From: an uncultured Verrucomicrobiae bacterium
GTDB lineage: Bacteria > Verrucomicrobiota > Verrucomicrobiia > Chthoniobacterales > UBA10450
Assembly: GCA_963772365.1 (NCBI GenBank)
Contig: CAVYXA010000001.1
Coordinates: 320,001-384,000 of the forward strand
Reading direction: 5' to 3'
Length of the DNA: 64,000 bases
Both the position numbers and the translations under genes were made by a program. This document shows, in pieces, positions 1-11,727 of the stretch (within the stretch, counting starts at the first letter, position 1; the number at the start of each line of letters is the position of its first letter). The notes beneath the pieces are model-generated. The model was not told the DNA's origin, ran no database searches, and saw only the letters and a program-made list of their open reading frames with translations.

Positions 1-1757
1 CCGGCGTGCAGCCGCAATCAGAAACGGTCTGGCGTCAGGCGACCAAGTACGACGTGCCGCGGCTCGCCTTTATTAATAAAATGGACCGGGTCGGCGCTGA
101 CTTTGAGATGTCCGTGGGCAGCATTCACAAGAAACTGGGCGCGAACGCGTGGCCCGTTTTGCTACCGCTTGGCAAAGAGGACCAGCTTAAGGGGCAATTA
201 GACGTTATTAATAAGAAGGCGATCATTTATTCCGACAGCGACCAGCTTGGATCGACATATGAAGTCACGGATTTGCCCAAGGAACATGTTGCTGCTGTCG
301 ATAAGGCTTACAACAATCTGGTCGAGCAAATTTCGAATCTCGACGACGAAGTCGCCGAAGCTGTTTTGGAAGAAAAACCAATTACGCCGGAGCTTTTGAA
401 GGCCGGCATTCGCCGGCAAACCATCGCGAATAAGTTCGTCCCAGTCATCGGTGGTTCGGCTTTGAAGAACATCGGTGTGCAGTATCTGGTCGATGCGGTA
501 GTCGATTATCTGCCGAGTCCTCTCGATATTCCGGCAGCGAAAGGAATGGAGCCCGACACGCACGAGCCAATGGATGCGCCGACGGATGACAACGGAAACT
601 TCTGCTCGCTGGCATTCAAACTTTGGAGCGATCCGTTTGTCGGGAAACTCGTTTTCTTCCGTGTTTACTCGGGCACGCTCAGCAAAGGCGACACGGTTTA
701 CAATCCGCGCACGAATAAACGCGAACGCATTTCGCGTCTCATTCAGATTCAAGCCGATAAACGCGAAGACATCGAGACCTGTTACTCTGGCGACATCGCG
801 GCGATTGTAGGAATCAAGAACATTACAACGGGTGACACGCTTTGCGACGAAGACCATCCGATTCTGCTCGAGCCGCCCACGTTTCCCGATCCTGTTATTT
901 CAATGGCGATCGAGCCAAAAACAAAATTGGACCAGGAAAAAATGGGAATCGCGCTGCAGCGACTGGCCGAAGAAGATCCGACTTTCCGCGTCTACACTCA
1001 CGAGGACACCGGCCAGACGATCATCGCCGGCATGGGCGAGTTGCATTTGGAAATCATTCGCGACCGCATGTTCCGCGAGTTTAAAGTGGACGCGAACGCG
1101 GGCAAACCGCAGATCGCTTATCGGGAGACGATCACTGGAAGCGCCCATGGCGTTGGGAAGTTGATCAAGCAATCAGGCGGGCGAGGTCAGTACGGCCATG
1201 TGGAAGTGGATGTGCGGCCCGGCAGCCGCGGCACGGGTTTGGTTCTTGAGAATAAGATCGTCGGTGGCGTTATCCCACGCGAATACATCCCGGCGGTTAA
1301 GAAAGGCGTCGAAGAAGCGGTGCTCAACGGCGTGCTCGGCGGTTATCCCGTTGTCGATGTGGAAGTCGATATTGTTTACGGATCGTTCCACGAAGTCGAT
1401 TCGAACGAGCTCGCGTTCAAGATGGCGGCGATTTTCGCGATGAAAGACGGCTTCAAACAGGGCAAACCGATTTTGCTCGAACCGATCATGAAAGTGGAAA
1501 ACATCACGCCGGACGAATTTCAGGGCGACATTTGCGGTGACTTGAGTCGGCGCCGTGGCAGCATTAACAGCATTGAATCGCGCGGCAATCTGGCGATTAT
1601 TCATGCGGATGTTCCACTTGCCGAATTGTTCGGTTACGCGACCGCGATTCGGTCGTTGTCCAAAGGCCGATCGAGTTACTCGATGGAACCGTCACATTTC
1701 CAACAAGTGCCGGCGAATTTGGTCGCGGCGATTCTCGATCAGAAGGAGACAAAATGA
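1..1757 (+). CDS. fusA: Elongation factor G (5' truncated by window edge)
   Basis: NKMDR GTPase motif, [21 protein letters not shown]; reading frame open from the window start. Confidence 0.98.
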   Translation, partial: GVQPQSETVWRQATKYDVPRLAFINKMDRVGADFEMSVGSIHKKLGANAWPVLLPLGKEDQLKGQLDVINKKAIIYSDSDQLGSTYEVTDLPKEHVAAVDKAYNNLVEQISNLDDEVAEAVLEEKPITPELLKAGIRRQTIANKFVPVIGGSALKNIGVQYLVDAVVDYLPSPLDIPAAKGMEPDTHEPMDAPTDDNGNFCSLAFKLWSDPFVGKLVFFRVYSGTLSKGDTVYNPRTNKRERISRLIQIQADKREDIETCYSGDIAAIVGIKNITTGDTLCDEDHPILLEPPTFPDPVISMAIEPKTKLDQEKMGIALQRLAEEDPTFRVYTHEDTGQTIIAGMGELHLEIIRDRMFREFKVDANAGKPQIAYRETITGSAHGVGKLIKQSGGRGQYGHVEVDVRPGSRGTGLVLENKIVGGVIPREYIPAVKKGVEEAVLNGVLGGYPVVDVEVDIVYGSFHEVDSNELAFKMAAIFAMKDGFKQGKPILLEPIMKVENITPDEFQGDICGDLSRRRGSINSIESRGNLAIIHADVPLAELFGYATAIRSLSKGRSSYSMEPSHFQQVPANLVAAILDQKETK

Positions 1758-2065
1758 GCAACGGCCAGCGCATTCGCATCCGGTTGAAAGCTTTCGATCA
1801 CCGGATGCTGGATCAATCGGCCGTTGAAATCGTCGAAACGGCGAAGCGGACCGGTGCCCGCGTGGCCGGACCGATTCCGCTTCCGACATTGATCGAGAAG
1901 TTCACGGTGAATCGCTCACCCCATGTCGATAAGAAATCGATGGATCAATTTGAAATCCGCACCCACAAACGGCTGCTCGACATCATCGAGCCGACTGCGA
2001 AGACGGTGGATGAACTCAAGAAACTGAACCTGCCCGCCGGCGTGGACATTACGATCAAGATCTAA
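1754..2065 (+). CDS. rpsJ: 30S ribosomal protein S10
   Basis: [29 protein letters not shown] overlap with fusA. Confidence 0.98.
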   Translation: MSNGQRIRIRLKAFDHRMLDQSAVEIVETAKRTGARVAGPIPLPTLIEKFTVNRSPHVDKKSMDQFEIRTHKRLLDIIEPTAKTVDELKKLNLPAGVDITIKI

Positions 2066-2093
2066 CGAAAACGAGAGTTGCAGACATACAATC

Positions 2094-2846
2094 ATGAGCA
2101 TCGGGTTACTTGGACAAAAGATCGGAATGACCAGCGTTTACGACGCCGATGGTCGCATGCGTCCTGTGACCGTGATCGCAGCAGGCGACAATGTTTTAGT
2201 CCGGCGTGTGACGATGGAGAATGATGGTTACTCAGCTGTTCAGGTGGGATACGATTCACAAAAGGAATCGCGAGTCGGAAAAGCCTTGTTAGGGGGATTC
2301 AAGAAGGCCGGCGTGGAACCAAAGAAATTCATCCGTGAATTCCGGCTCGAGGCAGATCTTCCTGAAGGAGAGATCGATCTTAGAGTGACCCAGTTTCAAG
2401 CGGGCGATTTTGTCGATGTTATCGGGCGCTCGAAAGGCAAAGGCTTCCAGGGCGTGATGAAGAAACACAACTTCCATGGTCAGGGCGCGGCCCATGGATC
2501 GAAGACGCATCGACGCAATGGGGCGATCGGAAATCGTTCCACGCCCGGACGAATCTGGAAAAATATGGGCATGCCTGGTCACCTCGGCGATGAGCGCGTG
2601 ACCGTACAAAATCTTCAGGTTATGCAGGTGCGAGAAGCGGAGAAGATTATCTTAATTAGCGGCGCGGTTCCGGGTGCGAATGGGAGTTATGTAGTGGTTC
2701 GCCCGGCGATCAAGAACCCTGGCGCGCGCATTGCGGCGCACCAGGCTCACGCAAAGGCGGACAAGGCCTCCGTGGTGAAAAGTCCGGCTGCGAGGAGGGC
2801 TGAGGCGCTTGCGGCAGCCAAGCCAGGCGAGGCGGAGAAGAAATGA
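2094..2846 (+). CDS. rplC: 50S ribosomal protein L3 (Ala/Lys-rich C-terminal extension)
   Basis: GQKIGMT, GRSKGKGFQG, GAVPG; operon position. Confidence 0.97.
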   Translation: MSIGLLGQKIGMTSVYDADGRMRPVTVIAAGDNVLVRRVTMENDGYSAVQVGYDSQKESRVGKALLGGFKKAGVEPKKFIREFRLEADLPEGEIDLRVTQFQAGDFVDVIGRSKGKGFQGVMKKHNFHGQGAAHGSKTHRRNGAIGNRSTPGRIWKNMGMPGHLGDERVTVQNLQVMQVREAEKIILISGAVPGANGSYVVVRPAIKNPGARIAAHQAHAKADKASVVKSPAARRAEALAAAKPGEAEKK

Positions 2847-3451
2847 GCGCGAAAGTTTTAAGTAAAGCCGCCGCGAAAGAAGCGAAGATCGACATCATCG
2901 AAGATGGTCGTGGTACGCAAGCTCTTCACGATACTGTCGTGGCGATGCGAGCTGCGAGACGTTCCGGGACCGCCAATACGAAGACCAAAGCGGAAGTCGA
3001 TCTGTCGGGCGCGAAACCATGGCGACAGAAAGGAACCGGTCGCGCTCGCGCCGGCTACAAGTCTTCGCCCCTGTGGCGTGGAGGCGGAGTCGTATTTGGA
3101 CCGAAACCGCGCGACTATTCCAAGAAAGTATCCAAATCGGTGCGCCAGCTCGCATTTCGCAAAGCGCTGAGCGAGCGGATCAATGCCGGCGACGTGCTCA
3201 CCATCGAGAAATTTACTGTGCCGGAGATCAAGACCAAATCGTTCGTCGCGTTGCTGAAGAAACAAACAGATGCGGACAAGGTCCTTCTGATCTCAGATTC
3301 ATTTGACGAACCAACGTTCAAGTCAGCCCGGAACGTAAAGCCGATCAAACTGGCGACCGCGTCAGATGTAAATGCAGAACAATTGCTCGCCTTCGATAAA
3401 ATTTTGGTGACGCAGAAAGGGCTCGAACAACTAGCGGGAAGATTGAAATGA
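2843..3451 (+). CDS. rplD: 50S ribosomal protein L4
   Basis: KPWRQKGTGRARAG, GGGVVFGPKPRDY. Confidence 0.97.
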   Translation: MSAKVLSKAAAKEAKIDIIEDGRGTQALHDTVVAMRAARRSGTANTKTKAEVDLSGAKPWRQKGTGRARAGYKSSPLWRGGGVVFGPKPRDYSKKVSKSVRQLAFRKALSERINAGDVLTIEKFTVPEIKTKSFVALLKKQTDADKVLLISDSFDEPTFKSARNVKPIKLATASDVNAEQLLAFDKILVTQKGLEQLAGRLK

Positions 3452-3726
3452 ACGATCACGATATCATTCAGACCGCTTCATTGACCGAGAAGTCGACGTT
3501 AATGAGCGAGAAGCAGAACAAGTACGTTTTTCGCGTCAATCCCCGAGCGAACAAGATTCAGATCAAACAGGCGGTGCAGCGCTTGTTTCAGAAGCAGGTT
3601 GTCGATGTAAACACGTGCAATTATGCCGGCAAAGAAAAGCGGCTTCGCGGTCCGCTCGGGCGGCGTCCACATTGGAAAAAGGCAATTGTCACGTTGAAGG
3701 AAGGCGAGAAGATCGATCTCGTGTGA
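3448..3726 (+). CDS. rplW: 50S ribosomal protein L23
   Basis: [22 protein letters not shown]. Confidence 0.97.
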   Translation: MNDHDIIQTASLTEKSTLMSEKQNKYVFRVNPRANKIQIKQAVQRLFQKQVVDVNTCNYAGKEKRLRGPLGRRPHWKKAIVTLKEGEKIDLV

Positions 3727-3733
3727 TTTTGCC

Positions 3734-4579
3734 ATGGCACTGAAAAATTATCGTCCACTGACACCGCCGCAGCGGTTCAAGTTGCTTCCTGGTTTTGACG
3801 AAATCACGAAGTGGAAACCGCATAAGGCTCTGGTTGAGCCAAAGAAGAAAACCGGCGGCCGGAACAATTACGGCCGATTAACTTCGCGACACATCGGCGG
3901 TGGTCACAAGCAGAAATATCGCAAGATCGATTTCAAGCGAGCCAAGCGCGGAGTAACGGCCGAAGTGCTCGGGATCGAATACGACCCGAACCGCTCGGCG
4001 CGAATTGCCCTGATCAAATATAGCGATGGCGAGCTGAGCTATATTCTTGCTCCAAATGGGCTCGCGGTAGGATCGACAGTCGCTGCTGGAGAGGATGTCG
4101 CGCCGCACATCGGCAACGCCTTGCCGCTTCGCGTCATTCCGTTAGGCACAAACATTCACAACATCGAATTGAAGCCGGGACGTGGTGGGCAAGTCGCGCG
4201 AAGCGCGGGGCAACAGGCAATCCTGAATAACCTCGAAGGCGGTTATGCGCTGGTGAAAATGCCTTCCGGTGAAGTGCGACGGATTCATGAGAACTGCTTT
4301 GCCACGATCGGTCAGGTCGGAAATGTCGATCACATGAACGTGGCCAGCGGCAAAGCCGGCCGCACTCGCTGGCAGGGACGACGACCGCACGTGCGCGGAA
4401 TGGTAATGAACCCGATTGATCACCCGATGGGCGGCGGCCAAGGTAAATCGAAGGGTGGCGGCGGCCGACATCATCCCGTCAGTCCATGGGGACAATTGGC
4501 AAAAGGATTTAAGACGCGTGCGAAACGGAAACCGAGCGATCGCTTTATTTTGGAAAGGCGAAAGAAGAAGAAGGCGTAA
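3734..4579 (+). CDS. rplB: 50S ribosomal protein L2
   Basis: [31 protein letters not shown]. Confidence 0.98.
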   Translation: MALKNYRPLTPPQRFKLLPGFDEITKWKPHKALVEPKKKTGGRNNYGRLTSRHIGGGHKQKYRKIDFKRAKRGVTAEVLGIEYDPNRSARIALIKYSDGELSYILAPNGLAVGSTVAAGEDVAPHIGNALPLRVIPLGTNIHNIELKPGRGGQVARSAGQQAILNNLEGGYALVKMPSGEVRRIHENCFATIGQVGNVDHMNVASGKAGRTRWQGRRPHVRGMVMNPIDHPMGGGQGKSKGGGGRHHPVSPWGQLAKGFKTRAKRKPSDRFILERRKKKKA

Positions 4580-4625
4580 CGAGTCGTCATGCGCCGCCGG
4601 ATTCATCCGCAAGAATTTGACTTTT

Positions 4626-4904
4626 ATGGCTAGATCATTGAAAAAAGGCCCCTTCGTCGATTTTCATCTTTTGGACAAGATCGACAAGATGAACGCCTCG
4701 GGCGGAAAAAAAGCGATCAAGACCTGGTCGCGCCGCTCGATGGTGACGCCGGATTTTGTCGGCCACACGTTTTTGGTTCATAACGGAAAGAATTTTAATT
4801 CTGTCTTTATCACCGAAAACATGGTGGGCCACAAACTTGGCGAATTTTCGCCTACGCGCGTGTTCAAGAAACACGGCGCGCATACGGCGAAGGTTACGAA
4901 ATAG
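4626..4904 (+). CDS. rpsS: 30S ribosomal protein S19
   Basis: [28 protein letters not shown]; start trimmed to ATG 4626. Confidence 0.97.
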   Translation: MARSLKKGPFVDFHLLDKIDKMNASGGKKAIKTWSRRSMVTPDFVGHTFLVHNGKNFNSVFITENMVGHKLGEFSPTRVFKKHGAHTAKVTK

Positions 4905-4913
4905 AGAGAAGTT

Positions 4914-4993
4914 CCAATTGCCAATTTCCAATTTCCAATTGAGGAGACACGGCGGTTGCCGCACTCAATTGGCGATTGGCATTTGGCAATTGG
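4914..4993. repeat. Imperfect inverted repeat built from CCAATTN-type heptamers (30-bp arms)
   Basis: ccaattgccaatttccaatttccaattgag (4914-4943) pairs with ctcaattggcgattggcatttggcaattgg (4964-4993). Confidence 0.85.
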
Positions 4994-5760
4994 CGGTGTT
5001 AGGCGCGTTTGTCTGTTACGGCAGCGACGCGGGAAATAGTTCTTTGTCAGAATCCAAAGAGAGCGCGCAACCCACGGTCACGGCCACGGCGTTGCTGGCG
5101 CAGAATGAAGAGTTACGACACGAGTTGTCGATTGCTCAGGAGTCGGTGAAGACATTAAGCAGCAGTCTGGCGGAATCGAATGCCGAAGCAGAATTGTTTC
5201 GGCGCAAATATTCCGATTTAGAGCTGCGGATGGAAGGTCTGGGGCTCGCCGCGGCTAATAAAGACCGGGCGAAACTCGAACAGCGTCTCCTGACGGCGGT
5301 GAGCGATTTGCATCTCGCGCAGAAAGAACGCGAAGAATATCGCGATCAGATGCTCCGATTGCAGGAGGCGATGTTGCATTATTTGAAAACATCGCAGGCG
5401 GGCGACGCTCAGGCACGAATGGATGTGGAAACGCAACTGCGCAGCACGACCCAGCTCACGACAAGATCGACAAATTCTCCGGCCGATCCGGCAAGGCCGG
5501 GTTTGATGGACGGCAGCGTGATCAGTGTGAAGGAGGATTGGTCGTTTGTGGTCGGCAATATCGGGGGAAACCATGGCGTGAAAATTGGCATGCCGATGCG
5601 AGTGATGCAGGGCGATCAGAGGATTGCGAGTGTGCGAGTGGTTGATGTTCGACAGAGAATTTGCGGTGCAATTGTTCAGGAAATGGATTCGAAAAAAGAA
5701 CGGATAAAAGTGGGCGATCGCCTTCAGGTGGACGCGAAGCCCAACGTAAGTTTGAAATAA
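4918..5760 (+). CDS. Hypothetical exported coiled-coil protein with C-terminal beta-rich domain, inserted in the S10 operon
   Basis: Long ORF between rpsS and rplV: hydrophobic N-terminus, heptad-like helical middle, beta-rich C-terminus (FVVGNIGGNHGVKIGM). Start uncertain; TTG 4918 chosen. Confidence 0.75.
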   Translation: MPISNFQLRRHGGCRTQLAIGIWQLAVLGAFVCYGSDAGNSSLSESKESAQPTVTATALLAQNEELRHELSIAQESVKTLSSSLAESNAEAELFRRKYSDLELRMEGLGLAAANKDRAKLEQRLLTAVSDLHLAQKEREEYRDQMLRLQEAMLHYLKTSQAGDAQARMDVETQLRSTTQLTTRSTNSPADPARPGLMDGSVISVKEDWSFVVGNIGGNHGVKIGMPMRVMQGDQRIASVRVVDVRQRICGAIVQEMDSKKERIKVGDRLQVDAKPNVSLK

Positions 5761-5762
5761 AA

Positions 5763-6242
5763 ATGGAAGTTAGATCGATTTACAAATATGCGCGGATTTC
5801 GCCGTTTAAGGTGCGCGAAGTCACGCGAGAGATTCAGGGACTGCCGGTCTCGGCGGCGCTCGATCTACTCGCTTTTACTCCGAAAAAAGCGGCGTTTCTC
5901 ATTGGTAAAACGCTGAAGAGCGCTGTCGCAAACGCGGAGAACAACGCGAACCTCAAGCCTGATGGTTTGGTGGTGAAAGAGGCTGTCGTGGGCGAAGGAC
6001 CAACGATCAAGCGGATCATGGCGCGTGCCCGAGGTAGCGCCAGTGGAATCCTGAAGCGGACGAGTCATATCCGCATCGTGCTGTCGGATGAAATTGCGAT
6101 TGAAACGCGCGAGACGCGAAAAGCAAAACGCAAAACCGAAGAAAAGGCCGCAAAGAAAACGACAGCGGGCGAGGAAGGATCGACAACAGAAGAGAAAAAA
6201 CCGAAGGGCAAGAGAGCGGTATCGAAGAAACCGAAAAAGTAA
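5763..6242 (+). CDS. rplV: 50S ribosomal protein L22 (Lys/Glu-rich tail)
   Basis: [32 protein letters not shown]. Confidence 0.97.
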   Translation: MEVRSIYKYARISPFKVREVTREIQGLPVSAALDLLAFTPKKAAFLIGKTLKSAVANAENNANLKPDGLVVKEAVVGEGPTIKRIMARARGSASGILKRTSHIRIVLSDEIAIETRETRKAKRKTEEKAAKKTTAGEEGSTTEEKKPKGKRAVSKKPKK

Positions 6243-6247
6243 TCGTT

Positions 6248-6937
6248 ATGGGACAAAAAGTTAATCCGATTGGTTTTCGACTGGGCGTAAATCGCGACTG
6301 GCGCTCGCGCTGGTACGCATCGCCTCAGGAATTGCCGGCTTTTCTTCATAGCGATCTGGAGATTCGCGGTTACGTGAAAAAGAAGCTCCAGTTCGCCGCG
6401 GTATCCAAAATTGTCATCGAGCGGGCGTGGAACAGCATTCGCGTCACCATTTTTACCGCGCGTCCAGGGATAGTGATCGGACGCAAAGGCGCCGAGATCG
6501 AGAAGATGACCGAAGAAATTTCCAAGATGGCCCAGGGCAAACAGATTAAGATCGACATCCAGGAGATCAAACAGCCCGAGCTCGACGCGCAGTTAGTCGC
6601 GGAGAACGTGGCGCTGCAAATCGAGCGTCGGATTGCCTATCGGCGCGCGATGAAAAAGGCGGTGCAAACGGCGATGGATTTCGGTGCGCAGGGCATTCGC
6701 CTCCGGTGCTCCGGACGCCTCAATGGCGCGGAAATTTCGCGCTCGGAATGGTATCGGGAAGGGAAAGTACCGCTGCACACGTTGCGCACTGGAATTGATT
6801 ATGGATTCGCCGAGGCGAATACGGTTTACGGGAAGATCGGCGTGAAATGCTGGATGTGTAAGAAAGAAGAGGCTCCGAGCGAACCACCCCCCGCAGCTGC
6901 GCCACCGCCACCACCCGCTGAGCCTGCTGCAGTTTAA
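6248..6937 (+). CDS. rpsC: 30S ribosomal protein S3
   Basis: [28 protein letters not shown]. Confidence 0.98.
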   Translation: MGQKVNPIGFRLGVNRDWRSRWYASPQELPAFLHSDLEIRGYVKKKLQFAAVSKIVIERAWNSIRVTIFTARPGIVIGRKGAEIEKMTEEISKMAQGKQIKIDIQEIKQPELDAQLVAENVALQIERRIAYRRAMKKAVQTAMDFGAQGIRLRCSGRLNGAEISRSEWYREGKVPLHTLRTGIDYGFAEANTVYGKIGVKCWMCKKEEAPSEPPPAAAPPPPPAEPAAV

Positions 6938-6951
6938 CGGAGAAGAGAAGT

Positions 6952-7377
6952 ATGCCATTAATGCCCAAACGTGTGAAGTATCGGAAGACCCAGCGGGGAA
7001 GCCGCAAGGGGACTGCTTCGCGCAATCTTAAGATCGATTTCGGCGAATTCGGCCTGCAGACTCTCGAGCGAGCGTGGATTACTAACACGCAATTGGAGGC
7101 CGCGCGCGTGGCGCTAACTCGCAACATGAAGCGCAAAGGCAAATTGTGGATCCGCATTTTCCCTGACAAATCAGTTACGGCGCGTCCGCCGGAAACGCGA
7201 ATGGGTAAGGGAAAAGGCCAGCCGGAATTCTGGGTCGCAACGGTCAAGCCTGGAAATATCCTTTTCGAATTGGATGGAGTGCCGGAGTCAGTCGCGCGCG
7301 AATCGCTTCGCCTGGCGGCGGACAAATTACCGGTCCGAACCAAGTTTTTAACACGTCACCATGTGAGGGCAGCCTAA
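6952..7377 (+). CDS. rplP: 50S ribosomal protein L16
   Basis: [15 protein letters not shown]. Confidence 0.98.
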   Translation: MPLMPKRVKYRKTQRGSRKGTASRNLKIDFGEFGLQTLERAWITNTQLEAARVALTRNMKRKGKLWIRIFPDKSVTARPPETRMGKGKGQPEFWVATVKPGNILFELDGVPESVARESLRLAADKLPVRTKFLTRHHVRAA

Positions 7378-7378
7378 G

Positions 7379-7582
7379 ATGAAGATGAAGGAAATCATCG
7401 ACATGACGACGGATGAATTGCACACGAAGACGCGCGATCTGCGTCAGGAAAAGCTGCACCTGCGTCTGCAACAACAAAGTGGACAGTTGGAACAGCCAAG
7501 CCGTTTACGGCTGGTTCGACGCGACATCGCCCGGATTGAAACCGTTCTGACGCAGAGATCGAAGCAAGAGGTGCAGAAATAA
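7379..7582 (+). CDS. rpmC: 50S ribosomal protein L29
   Basis: GQLEQPSRLRLVRRDIARIETV; operon position. Confidence 0.95.
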   Translation: MKMKEIIDMTTDELHTKTRDLRQEKLHLRLQQQSGQLEQPSRLRLVRRDIARIETVLTQRSKQEVQK

Positions 7583-7585
7583 TTT

Positions 7586-7918
7586 ATGGCCGAACAAGAT
7601 CGACAATCGATGGAGCAGGCTGGGCCAACTCCCCCGGCTACAGCGACGCCGCCACCATTGCCGGCCTCTGTTACCCGAAGCTCGCGCAAGACACGAACCG
7701 GGGAAGTAATTTCCGATCGGATGAACAAAACGATCGTCGTGCGCACAGTGACGCGCGTGCCGCACCCGCGCTTCGGCAAGATCGTTAAGCAAATGAAGAA
7801 GTTTTACGTGCACGACGAAGAGAACAAAGCAAAGACGGGCGACACGGTCCGGATCATGGAGACGCGCCCCTTGAGCAAGTTGAAGCGGTGGCGTCTCGTT
7901 GAGGTTTTGCAGAAATAA
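7586..7918 (+). CDS. rpsQ: 30S ribosomal protein S17 (Pro/Ala-rich N-terminal extension)
   Basis: [26 protein letters not shown]. Confidence 0.97.
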   Translation: MAEQDRQSMEQAGPTPPATATPPPLPASVTRSSRKTRTGEVISDRMNKTIVVRTVTRVPHPRFGKIVKQMKKFYVHDEENKAKTGDTVRIMETRPLSKLKRWRLVEVLQK

Positions 7919-7940
7919 ATGGAGTGAGAGGACAAACTCG

Positions 7941-8306
7941 ATGGTACAGATTCGATCCAGATTGGATGTAGCTGATAACACTGGCGCGCGCATGGCGACG
8001 ATGATCGGTGTGATCGGCAAGCGTACCCTGTATGCGCGGGTCGGGGACGTCATTACTGCGAACGTGAAAGAAGCCAGTGCGAGCGGCACTGTAAAAAAAG
8101 GTGAAGTCGTTCGGGCAGTGCTGGTGCGCACACGGCAACCTGTAAAGCGCGAAGATGGATCGCTGTTGCGCTTTGATAACAATGCAATCGTTATCATCGA
8201 CAAAGATTTGAATCCGCGCGGAACGCGCATTTTCGGACCGGTCGCGCGCGAACTGCGCGAGCGCAACTTCATGAAAATTGTTTCGCTGGCTCCGGAGGTT
8301 TTATGA
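7941..8306 (+). CDS. rplN: 50S ribosomal protein L14
   Basis: [26 protein letters not shown]. Confidence 0.98.
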   Translation: MVQIRSRLDVADNTGARMATMIGVIGKRTLYARVGDVITANVKEASASGTVKKGEVVRAVLVRTRQPVKREDGSLLRFDNNAIVIIDKDLNPRGTRIFGPVARELRERNFMKIVSLAPEVL

Positions 8307-8602
8307 ATCGGATGAAATTTCACGTGAAGAAGGGCGATGAGGTCGAAGTGATCTCGGGGAATTTTCGCGGCTCGACTGGCAAAGTTCTCGCGGTGATCCC
8401 GAGCAAACAGCGTGTGCTTATTGAGGGCGTGCGGATTATTAAAAAGCATCTGCGCAAATCGCAGGACAATCCCACGGGCAAGATCGCCGAGCGTGAGGGC
8501 CCGATCCATATTTCGAACGTGAAGTTAATTGGCGCCGAGAAAAAGGCGGACAGGAAAACTAAGAAGAAGCCCAAAAAAGAAGCTGAGAAGAAGGCGGCAT
8601 GA
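8303..8602 (+). CDS. rplX: 50S ribosomal protein L24
   Basis: [14 protein letters not shown] motif, PIHISNV. Confidence 0.97.
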   Translation: MNRMKFHVKKGDEVEVISGNFRGSTGKVLAVIPSKQRVLIEGVRIIKKHLRKSQDNPTGKIAEREGPIHISNVKLIGAEKKADRKTKKKPKKEAEKKAA

Positions 8603-9177
8603 TCGAGAACGAATTTTATCGACACTACAAGGAACGCGTAATGCCGGCACTCCGGGAACGGCACGGCTACAAGAACGTCCACCAGATTCCGAAGGTGGAG
8701 AAAGTCGTGATTAATACGTCAGTCGGGTCCCAGGCGGACGTGAAGACTGCATTGGGCGAAGCAAAGGCGGAACTTGCGTTAATCACTGGACAACGCGCGG
8801 CCGAGACGCGGGCCAAAAAAAGCATCGCGAATTTCAAGCTGCGCAAAGACCAGGCGATCGGTGCGAAAGTGACCTTGCGCGGCCAGCGGATGTACGAATT
8901 TCTGGAGCGCTTGATCAAAGCTGCGCTGCCGCGGATTCGCGACTTTCGCGGTGTTTCACCTCGTTGTTTCGATAGCAATGGTAACTATACGCTGGGTGTC
9001 TCCGACCAGTCGATTTTCCCCGAAGTCGAGCTCGATAAAATCAAGCGCAACATCGGATTTGATGTTACAATCGTCACGACTGCGAAGACGAACGAGGAAG
9101 CCAAATCGCTGTTGAGCGAAATGGGAATGCCCTTCAGCGACCGGGCGAAAAAGCCGGCCGCCCAACCCACGTCCTGA
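8599..9177 (+). CDS. rplE: 50S ribosomal protein L5
   Basis: KKSIANFKLR, LPRIRDFRG, GNYTLG. Confidence 0.98.
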   Translation: MIENEFYRHYKERVMPALRERHGYKNVHQIPKVEKVVINTSVGSQADVKTALGEAKAELALITGQRAAETRAKKSIANFKLRKDQAIGAKVTLRGQRMYEFLERLIKAALPRIRDFRGVSPRCFDSNGNYTLGVSDQSIFPEVELDKIKRNIGFDVTIVTTAKTNEEAKSLLSEMGMPFSDRAKKPAAQPTS

Positions 9178-9180
9178 TTT

Positions 9181-9579
9181 ATGAGTACCGTTACCGATCC
9201 AATTGCCGATTTAATCGCGCGACTGCGCAATGGAGCGCAGGCGCAGAAGATCGACATGTTCGTTCCGTACTCGCGAATCAAAGCCGAGGTTGTCCGAATT
9301 TTGAAAGAGGAAGGATATATCAGCGAGTACGCGATCGATACCGAAGCGGCCCGTCCACGAATAAAAATCACGAATAAATTAGTGGACCGCTCCTGCGCGA
9401 TTACTGGCTTGAAACGGGTGAGCCGGCCTGGGTTACGCCGGTACGTTGGGGCTGACGAGATTCCGCGCGTGCTTGGCGGAATGGGCGTGGCGATTTTGTC
9501 CACATCGCGCGGAGTGTTGTCGGGTCGGGAGGCGAAGAAGCAAAAGATCGGCGGCGAGTTGCTAGCCTACGTTTGGTAA
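9181..9579 (+). CDS. rpsH: 30S ribosomal protein S8
   Basis: TDPIADL, RVSRPGLRRY, GGELLAYVW. Confidence 0.98.
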   Translation: MSTVTDPIADLIARLRNGAQAQKIDMFVPYSRIKAEVVRILKEEGYISEYAIDTEAARPRIKITNKLVDRSCAITGLKRVSRPGLRRYVGADEIPRVLGGMGVAILSTSRGVLSGREAKKQKIGGELLAYVW

Positions 9580-9595
9580 TAATTTCACAAATATC

Positions 9596-10135
9596 ATGTC
9601 ACGAATTGGAAATAAACCGGTCGAGATTCCCGACAAAGTAAAAGTGAATGTCGGCAATGATGGATCTGTTGCGGTGGAAGGCCCGAAAGGGAAACTGAAC
9701 TGGAAACTGCCGCGCCAGATTTCGGCTAAAATCGATAACAATCGTGTTCTGGTTGCTCGAGCGGCTGAGTCGCGGAGTGTGAAGGCGTTGCACGGCCTTT
9801 CCCGCAGTCTGGTTCACAACATGGTCCAGGGTGTGAGTCAGGGTTTTACCAAACAGCTTGAGATTGAAGGCGTCGGATTCAAGGCCGCTGTGCAAGGGTC
9901 GAACCTGAATCTGAGTCTCGGCTTTTCGCATCCCGTTCTATTTCCGATTCCCAAGGAAATTAAAATCACTGTGACCGACTCGACCAAGATCAACATCGAA
10001 GGTGTGGACAAAAAACTAGTCGGTCAGGTCGCTGCGGATATCCGCCGATTCTATCCGCCAGAGCCGTACAAAGGCAAAGGCGTGCGCTATGCCGGGGAGC
10101 AGATTCGCCGCAAGGAAGGCAAGACGGTCCAGTAG
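9596..10135 (+). CDS. rplF: 50S ribosomal protein L6
   Basis: [20 protein letters not shown]. Confidence 0.98.
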   Translation: MSRIGNKPVEIPDKVKVNVGNDGSVAVEGPKGKLNWKLPRQISAKIDNNRVLVARAAESRSVKALHGLSRSLVHNMVQGVSQGFTKQLEIEGVGFKAAVQGSNLNLSLGFSHPVLFPIPKEIKITVTDSTKINIEGVDKKLVGQVAADIRRFYPPEPYKGKGVRYAGEQIRRKEGKTVQ

Positions 10136-10137
10136 TT

Positions 10138-10503
10138 ATGGCAACGTTCAATCGAAAAGCGGCGCGGGAGCGTTTGCATCGGCGGATTCGGAAAAAGGTT
10201 TCGGGCACGGCAGAGCGGCCGCGTCTAGCCATCCATTTTTCTGGGAAGCACATCTATGCACAGGTGATCGACGATTCAGTCGGCAAAACATTGATTGCAG
10301 CATCGACAACCCAGAAAGATGTGCTGGGGAAAAACAAAGTTGCAGCCAACCGCACGACAGCCGAGATGGTCGGTAAAGTGATCGCCGAACGGGCAATTGG
10401 TAAGAAGATCGACAAGGTTGTCTTCGACCGCGGCGGTTTCCAGTACCAAGGCAAAGTAAAAGCATTGGCGGACGCAGCGCGCGCCGGTGGCCTAAAGTTT
10501 TAA
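10138..10503 (+). CDS. rplR: 50S ribosomal protein L18
   Basis: [19 protein letters not shown]. Confidence 0.98.
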   Translation: MATFNRKAARERLHRRIRKKVSGTAERPRLAIHFSGKHIYAQVIDDSVGKTLIAASTTQKDVLGKNKVAANRTTAEMVGKVIAERAIGKKIDKVVFDRGGFQYQGKVKALADAARAGGLKF

Positions 10504-10507
10504 TTTC

Positions 10508-11071
10508 ATGGCACAAGGAACTTCAGGTAGCAGACGACCCGATTCGCGCACGACCGAGAGGATGCCGGCAGCGAGGGGTGACACGACTGAGAAAGTCGTT
10601 TTCATCAATCGTTGCGCAAAAGTCGTGAAAGGCGGGCGACGGTTCAGCTTCAGCGCGTTGATCGTGGCCGGCGATCATGATGGAAAAGTCGGTGTTGGTT
10701 TTGGCAAGGCGAATGAAGTCTCGGAAGCGATTCGTAAGGCTTCTGACGCGGCCAAAAAATCGATGCAAAAAGTTTCGTTACACGAAAACACAATTCCGCA
10801 CGAAGTGGTGGGTGAATATGACGGCGCGCGCGTACTTTTGCGGCCGGCATCGCCCGGAACCGGTGTTATCGCAGGTGGTGGAGTGCGAGCTGTAGCGGAA
10901 GCCGCTGGAATTCGAGATGTGTTGGCGAAATCACTCGGCTCGAGCAATCACGCCAATGTAGTAAAGGCTACGATCGCAGCGTTACGCTCTTTGCGCCGTC
11001 GCGATGAAATTTTTAAAGTGCGCGGGTTACGATCTGATGGGGAAACGAAGCAATATGTTACGACTTCATAA
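10508..11071 (+). CDS. rpsE: 30S ribosomal protein S5
   Basis: [22 protein letters not shown]. Confidence 0.98.
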   Translation: MAQGTSGSRRPDSRTTERMPAARGDTTEKVVFINRCAKVVKGGRRFSFSALIVAGDHDGKVGVGFGKANEVSEAIRKASDAAKKSMQKVSLHENTIPHEVVGEYDGARVLLRPASPGTGVIAGGGVRAVAEAAGIRDVLAKSLGSSNHANVVKATIAALRSLRRRDEIFKVRGLRSDGETKQYVTTS

Positions 11072-11642
11072 TCTACGCCCGCGTCCCGGCGCCCGGCATC
11101 GAGTGAAACGTCTCGGCTGTGGCGAGAGCTCTGGTCATGGCAAAACCAGCGGCAAAGGGCATAAGGGACAAAAGGCGCGATCGGGTGGCAGCCTTCGGCT
11201 TGGATTTGAAGGTGGCCAGATGCCGTTGATCCGAAGGTTGCCTAAGCGGGGGTTTAATAATGCGGCGTTTCACAAACGCTACGCGACTGTAAATCTCGAT
11301 GATCTCAATGCTTTCAAGAGCGGGACTCTGGTGAACGAGCAGTTGCTTCGTGAATCGAATTTGGTACGCGGGAAGGTGGCCGGAATCAAAATCCTTGGCG
11401 ATGGTGAATTGAAACATGGTCTTACGGTCGAGGTCGACAAGATCAGTGCGGGAGCCCGGGAAAAGATCGAAAAAGCTGGCGGAACAATTACCTTGCGCGC
11501 TCGCGGTACCGAGCGAAGAGCTGTCGATCTTCCGGCTGAAGCGGGTCCGGCAGCGCAAGTGGCAGAGGAGTCGAAAAAATCAGTGAAAAAGTCGGTGGCG
11601 AAAAGCAAATCGCCAAAGAAAAGGGCGGCACGTAAGAGTTAG
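11055..11642 (+). CDS. rplO: 50S ribosomal protein L15 (basic C-terminal extension)
   Basis: [33 protein letters not shown]. Confidence 0.97.
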   Translation: MLRLHNLRPRPGARHRVKRLGCGESSGHGKTSGKGHKGQKARSGGSLRLGFEGGQMPLIRRLPKRGFNNAAFHKRYATVNLDDLNAFKSGTLVNEQLLRESNLVRGKVAGIKILGDGELKHGLTVEVDKISAGAREKIEKAGGTITLRARGTERRAVDLPAEAGPAAQVAEESKKSVKKSVAKSKSPKKRAARKS

Positions 11643-11727
11643 TCGCGATGATCAGTTGTCGGCTGGTTTTATCTCGAATCGCGCGGAAGCTGGCATTTTG
11701 CCGGCTTGTGACCTAGGGGATTAACAA

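Noticed and set aside
7505..8509. 334-aa minus-strand ORF and similar long antisense ORFs in the ribosomal cluster
   Set aside because: Shadows of conserved plus-strand genes in GC-rich DNA.
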